NCBI GenBank assembly: GCA_051294375.1
Contig: JBJCIZ010000313.1
Coordinates: forward strand, 1 to 10,993
From: Paraspadella gotoi
Lineage: Eukaryota > Animalia > Chaetognatha
Direction: 5' to 3'
Length of the DNA: 10,993 nucleotides
The notes under the pieces were generated by a model. That model ran no database searches, was not told the DNA's origin, and saw nothing but the letters and a program-made list of their open reading frames with translations. This document shows positions 8,117 to 10,993 of the stretch, one piece after another. Each line of letters begins with the position of its first letter. Positions within the stretch are counted from its first letter, which is position 1. The translations under genes were made by a program, and so were the position numbers.

Positions 8117-8375
8117 AGAAACTGTATTGATTTTACTATTCAAATCAGGTAAAGCGCAGGCTTAATTCAAAAGCGTTTTCTCAATATAATGCAAAATTTA
8201 AAAAAAGTCCAATAAAATCTTATTAAAAACAAAAATCGTTGCTCAGTGTTGCTTGTGAGTCCCAAATGCTAGAAAAATAATTTTAAAAAATTTTTATATT
8301 TTATATAATATATAAAAATATTTATAGAAATATAATTATAGTGTTAAAAATGATTTTTTTTATTCAATCCGAGAA
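8117..8375 (+). repeat. ~255-bp direct repeat, copy 2
   Basis: Near-identical to 7349-7601. Confidence 0.95.
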
Positions 8376-8580
8376 GGGTAGTATTATATATTAAAAAGTA
8401 AATATGTAATAAAAATTATATTTTATAATAAAATTAGCTAATTTTTCTAAACTGCGATAATTTTTTTTTATTATAATATAATTTAAAAATATAAAATTAA
8501 AATACAATTTTAATTTTAATAAAATATAATAATCATATTAAATATAATAAATTAAAATAATTTTTAATTTTTTTTATTTT

Positions 8581-8582
<2 letters not shown>

Positions 8583-8641
<59 letters not shown>

Positions 8642-8693
8642 TAATAATAATAATAATAAATAAAATATAAATATTTTATATTAATTATAATTA

Positions 8694-8761
<68 letters not shown>

Positions 8762-8772
8762 TTATTATTATT
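8583..8772. repeat. (AAT)n and (ATT)n microsatellites in inverted arrangement, inside an almost pure-AT tract (~8380-8925)
   Basis: (TAA)n 8583-8660, central ATAAAATAT-AA-ATATTTTAT 8660-8679, (TTA)n ~8691-8772. Confidence 0.95.
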
Positions 8773-9216
8773 ATATAATCTGATAATAATATATATTTTA
8801 TTATAAAATAATTTTATTTTATTTATTTAAAATTATACAAAATTACTTTTAAATTATTTTAATATTCAAATACATTTTTTTAAAAATATTTTTATAATTA
8901 ATATATAATAAAAAATTATTTTTAACTGAGCGGGATTTTTCTGAAAAATTCAGGCCCAGGACCTCACTGTGCGCCGGTTCTAAAGCTTAGTACTACGCAT
9001 AATACTAATCTTTGTTGGATCAAAACGAGTTCGATTTTAACCGAAAGTTGATCGGTTTGAAGAGCGATTTTTGCGATTGCTTTTTGGCGATTACTTTTGA
9101 ACAGATTGTCGGATTATGATGAAATTATGCATGTAGATAATGTTAGCAATTGTCTATCAAACGCTTCCAAATTTGATATAAAACAATGAGTTGTTTAGAA
9201 ACGTTGCTCATCCCAA

Positions 9217-9511
9217 ATTATATTGAAGTTTAGAAATCCCTTTATTTCATATATAAAAATTGCATCAAAAATATTTTTCCGAGTTGACTAGTCTATTTGA
9301 ATCTGATGGTTTGATGCCAAAATGATGGTTATTTGTTAAGAGGAAAAAATACGAGCTCTTGAGATGCAACAGGATCTAAATCAAGTGTTTTTATATCTAT
9401 TTTTTACCTGAATTTTTCCCAGGGGCGTTTACATTGTTTGGTAGTCAGATTTTAACGAAAATCTGCATTGAAAAAGTCTTCCTCGATTTCTAAGAACGAC
9501 GTAGACTCCTA
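9217..9511 (+). repeat. Left arm of a ~295-bp inverted repeat (partner 9920-10218)
   Basis: Collinear with the reverse complement of 9920-10218, e.g. ATTTGAATCTGATGGTTTGATG, TTTACCTGAATTTTTCCCAGG, GCGTTTACATTGTTTGGTAGTCAGATTTTA, CGACGTAGACTCCTA; roughly 85% identity by eye. Confidence 0.95.
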
Positions 9512-9688
9512 CATAAATATTTGGTTACCATCAAAAGCAGGCTCGATCCTTATGCTTTTAAGATTTTTTTTATTTATTAGTGAATAATGACAAGATTCAG
9601 AGGTGGGACCGACGGACTGGCAAAGTGGAATATAGAGTTGGAATAAACAGATCTGACTCATGAACTTCTAAAACTTCCTTTTCTACAG

Positions 9689-9774
9689 CATCAACATCAA
9701 AGTTTGATTGTATATTATGTAAACAAGGAAGCTATTCAAGTGAAGAAAAATCTACCAAATGTGAACTCTGCAAG
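9689..9774 (+). CDS. Internal exon encoding a Cys-rich GCC2/GCC3 (ephrin-receptor-like) repeat: STSKFDCILCKQGSYSSEEKSTKCELCK
   Basis: Pyrimidine-rich acceptor cttccttttctacAG (AG 9687-9688), donor AAG|GTAAAT (9775); 2 nt + 28 open codons giving the CxxCxxGxY...CxxC pattern. Host gene not identifiable. Confidence 0.75.
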
Positions 9775-9919
9775 GTAAATTTATTTTTATAATTTTTGGG
9801 AGGGTTGTAGGATTTTCTATATTATCTTTCAATTTCATTATATTGTTAAGGATTTTCAATGCTTACAAGCTTTATTTATTAGGTTTATTTAAGCTTAATT
9901 TTTCTTATAACAAGTTTAA

Positions 9920-10218
9920 TAGGAGTCTACGTCGGTTCTCTAGAACATCAGAGAAGACTTTTTCAATGAAAATTTTTGCTAAAATCTGACTACCAAACAA
10001 TGTAAACGCTCCTGGGAAAAATTCAGGTAAACAATAGATGTAAAAACACTCAATTCCAATCCTGTTGCATCTGAAGGGCTCGCATTTTTTTCTTCTTGAC
10101 AAATAACCATCATTTTGACATCAAACCATCAGATTCAAATGGACTGGTCCGCTCCGGAAAATATTTTCGACGCAATTTTTTATATATAAAATAAAGGATT
10201 TCTCAACTTCAATACAAT
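9920..10218 (-). repeat. Right arm of the ~295-bp inverted repeat
   Basis: Reverse complement of 9217-9511. Confidence 0.95.
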
Positions 10219-10224
10219 GTCAAC

Positions 10225-10294
10225 GCATTTAACATATGTTGTGATTTTACAATAAACTTCAAATTCAGGAATCCGATAGCCATATATCTGGAAG
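10225..10294 (-). repeat. Empty-site paralogue of the sequence into which the TRIM inserted
   Basis: Reverse complement reads CAGATATATGGCTATCGGATTCCTGA-ATTT-GAAGTTTATTGTAAAATCACAACATA, joining the left flank (3828-3857) and right flank (4536-4561) of copy A with one copy of the 4-bp target. Confidence 0.9.
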
Positions 10295-10424
10295 GGCTCT
10301 CAAAATTTTTCTTTATATTTTATTTATAGTATTTTAATATGATCTGATCATGTAAATGAATTAGTCCATGTTTCGTGCGTGTGAAAATTTATTTAAAGTA
10401 AAAGTAAAAGACGAGTTAAGAATC

Positions 10425-10915
10425 AGAATTCTAAGAGTTTTCAACCGGGAGTCAGATTCGGAAAAAATCTTATATGGCGAAAATCTTCCAAAGAAGGGGT
10501 GGATTTTCCGAAGATTTTGGTTAATATTTTCTATATTTATGGTCGGATTTTTTTGAAATTAAAAAAAAGCAATATTGCCATCATTCTACATTGGCCATTC
10601 AAAGAATATATTAAAAAAACCTCTGACTTTTTTCGTCAGAGCTGAGTCCTAAGTTTAAGAAAACAATTTTGGATCTGCCCACGTAAGCATAGGAAGCCGC
10701 TTTAGAAAAAGAAGCCAGTGGCTTTTTTCTTATATTTTTATATCAATAGATGTGGAATGACGGGAATATTGTAAATCTCAAGTTTCGCTTTAATCAAACC
10801 TCATATTGTTGGGAAATGTTAGGAAACCCATCAAAATTCCACCCCTTTTTTTCAAAATTTTTGCCTCATAAGACTTTCGCCGATTCTGACTGCCTCTTAC
10901 AAACTTATAATTCCG
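10425..10915. mobile_element. Old foldback/MITE-like imperfect palindrome (~230-bp arms, centre ~10658-10682)
   Basis: Collinear inverted blocks: AGTCAGATTCGG/CCGATTCTGACT, AAGGGGTGGA/TCCACCCCTT, CAATATTGCCATCATTCTACAT/ATGTGGAATGACGGGAATATTG, TCCTAAGTTTA/TAAGCATAGGA; about 65-70% identity by eye; ends approximate. Confidence 0.75.
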
Positions 10916-10934
10916 TCTAGTTAATTTTTTTTTC

Positions 10935-10972
10935 TTTATGGCCTGGGATCACGGGCCAAAAGTTATAATTAG
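10935..10972. repeat. 38-bp inverted repeat, right copy (partner 6845-6882)
   Basis: 36/38 reverse-complement match to 6845-6882. Confidence 0.9.
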
Positions 10973-10993
10973 GATGAAATAAAGCTTGTATTC

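Noticed and set aside
9905-10556. ORFs 9905-10102 (-) and 10368-10556 (+)
   Set aside because: They lie in arms of inverted repeats; short, with no recognisable domain.

Overview
Eukaryotic, very AT-rich, repeat-dense window (probably an invertebrate animal; the taxon cannot be fixed from the sequence) with three N gaps and a noisy, partly redundant stretch (~4627-6830) that looks like long-read gap fill. None of the supplied ORFs looks like a real gene; the only credible coding piece is an 86-nt Cys-rich exon (9689-9774, +). The main object is a small non-autonomous LTR element (TRIM-like; 3858-4531, noisy second copy 6114-6783) with ~230-bp LTRs, a tRNA-Trp-like PBS, a PPT-like tract and a 4-bp TSD (ATTC) supported by an empty-site paralogue at 10225-10294. 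Each LTR carries a tRNA(Gly)-like Pol III head followed directly by a fold matching a circularly permuted (type-P5) twister ribozyme, i.e. a candidate 'twister LTR retrozyme'. The window also has a minimal Penelope-type hammerhead (1244-1292), several foldback/inverted repeats (one pair brackets the exon), an (AAT)n/(ATT)n palindrome and a GC-rich palindromic island. All structures were read by eye; no searches or folding programs were run.
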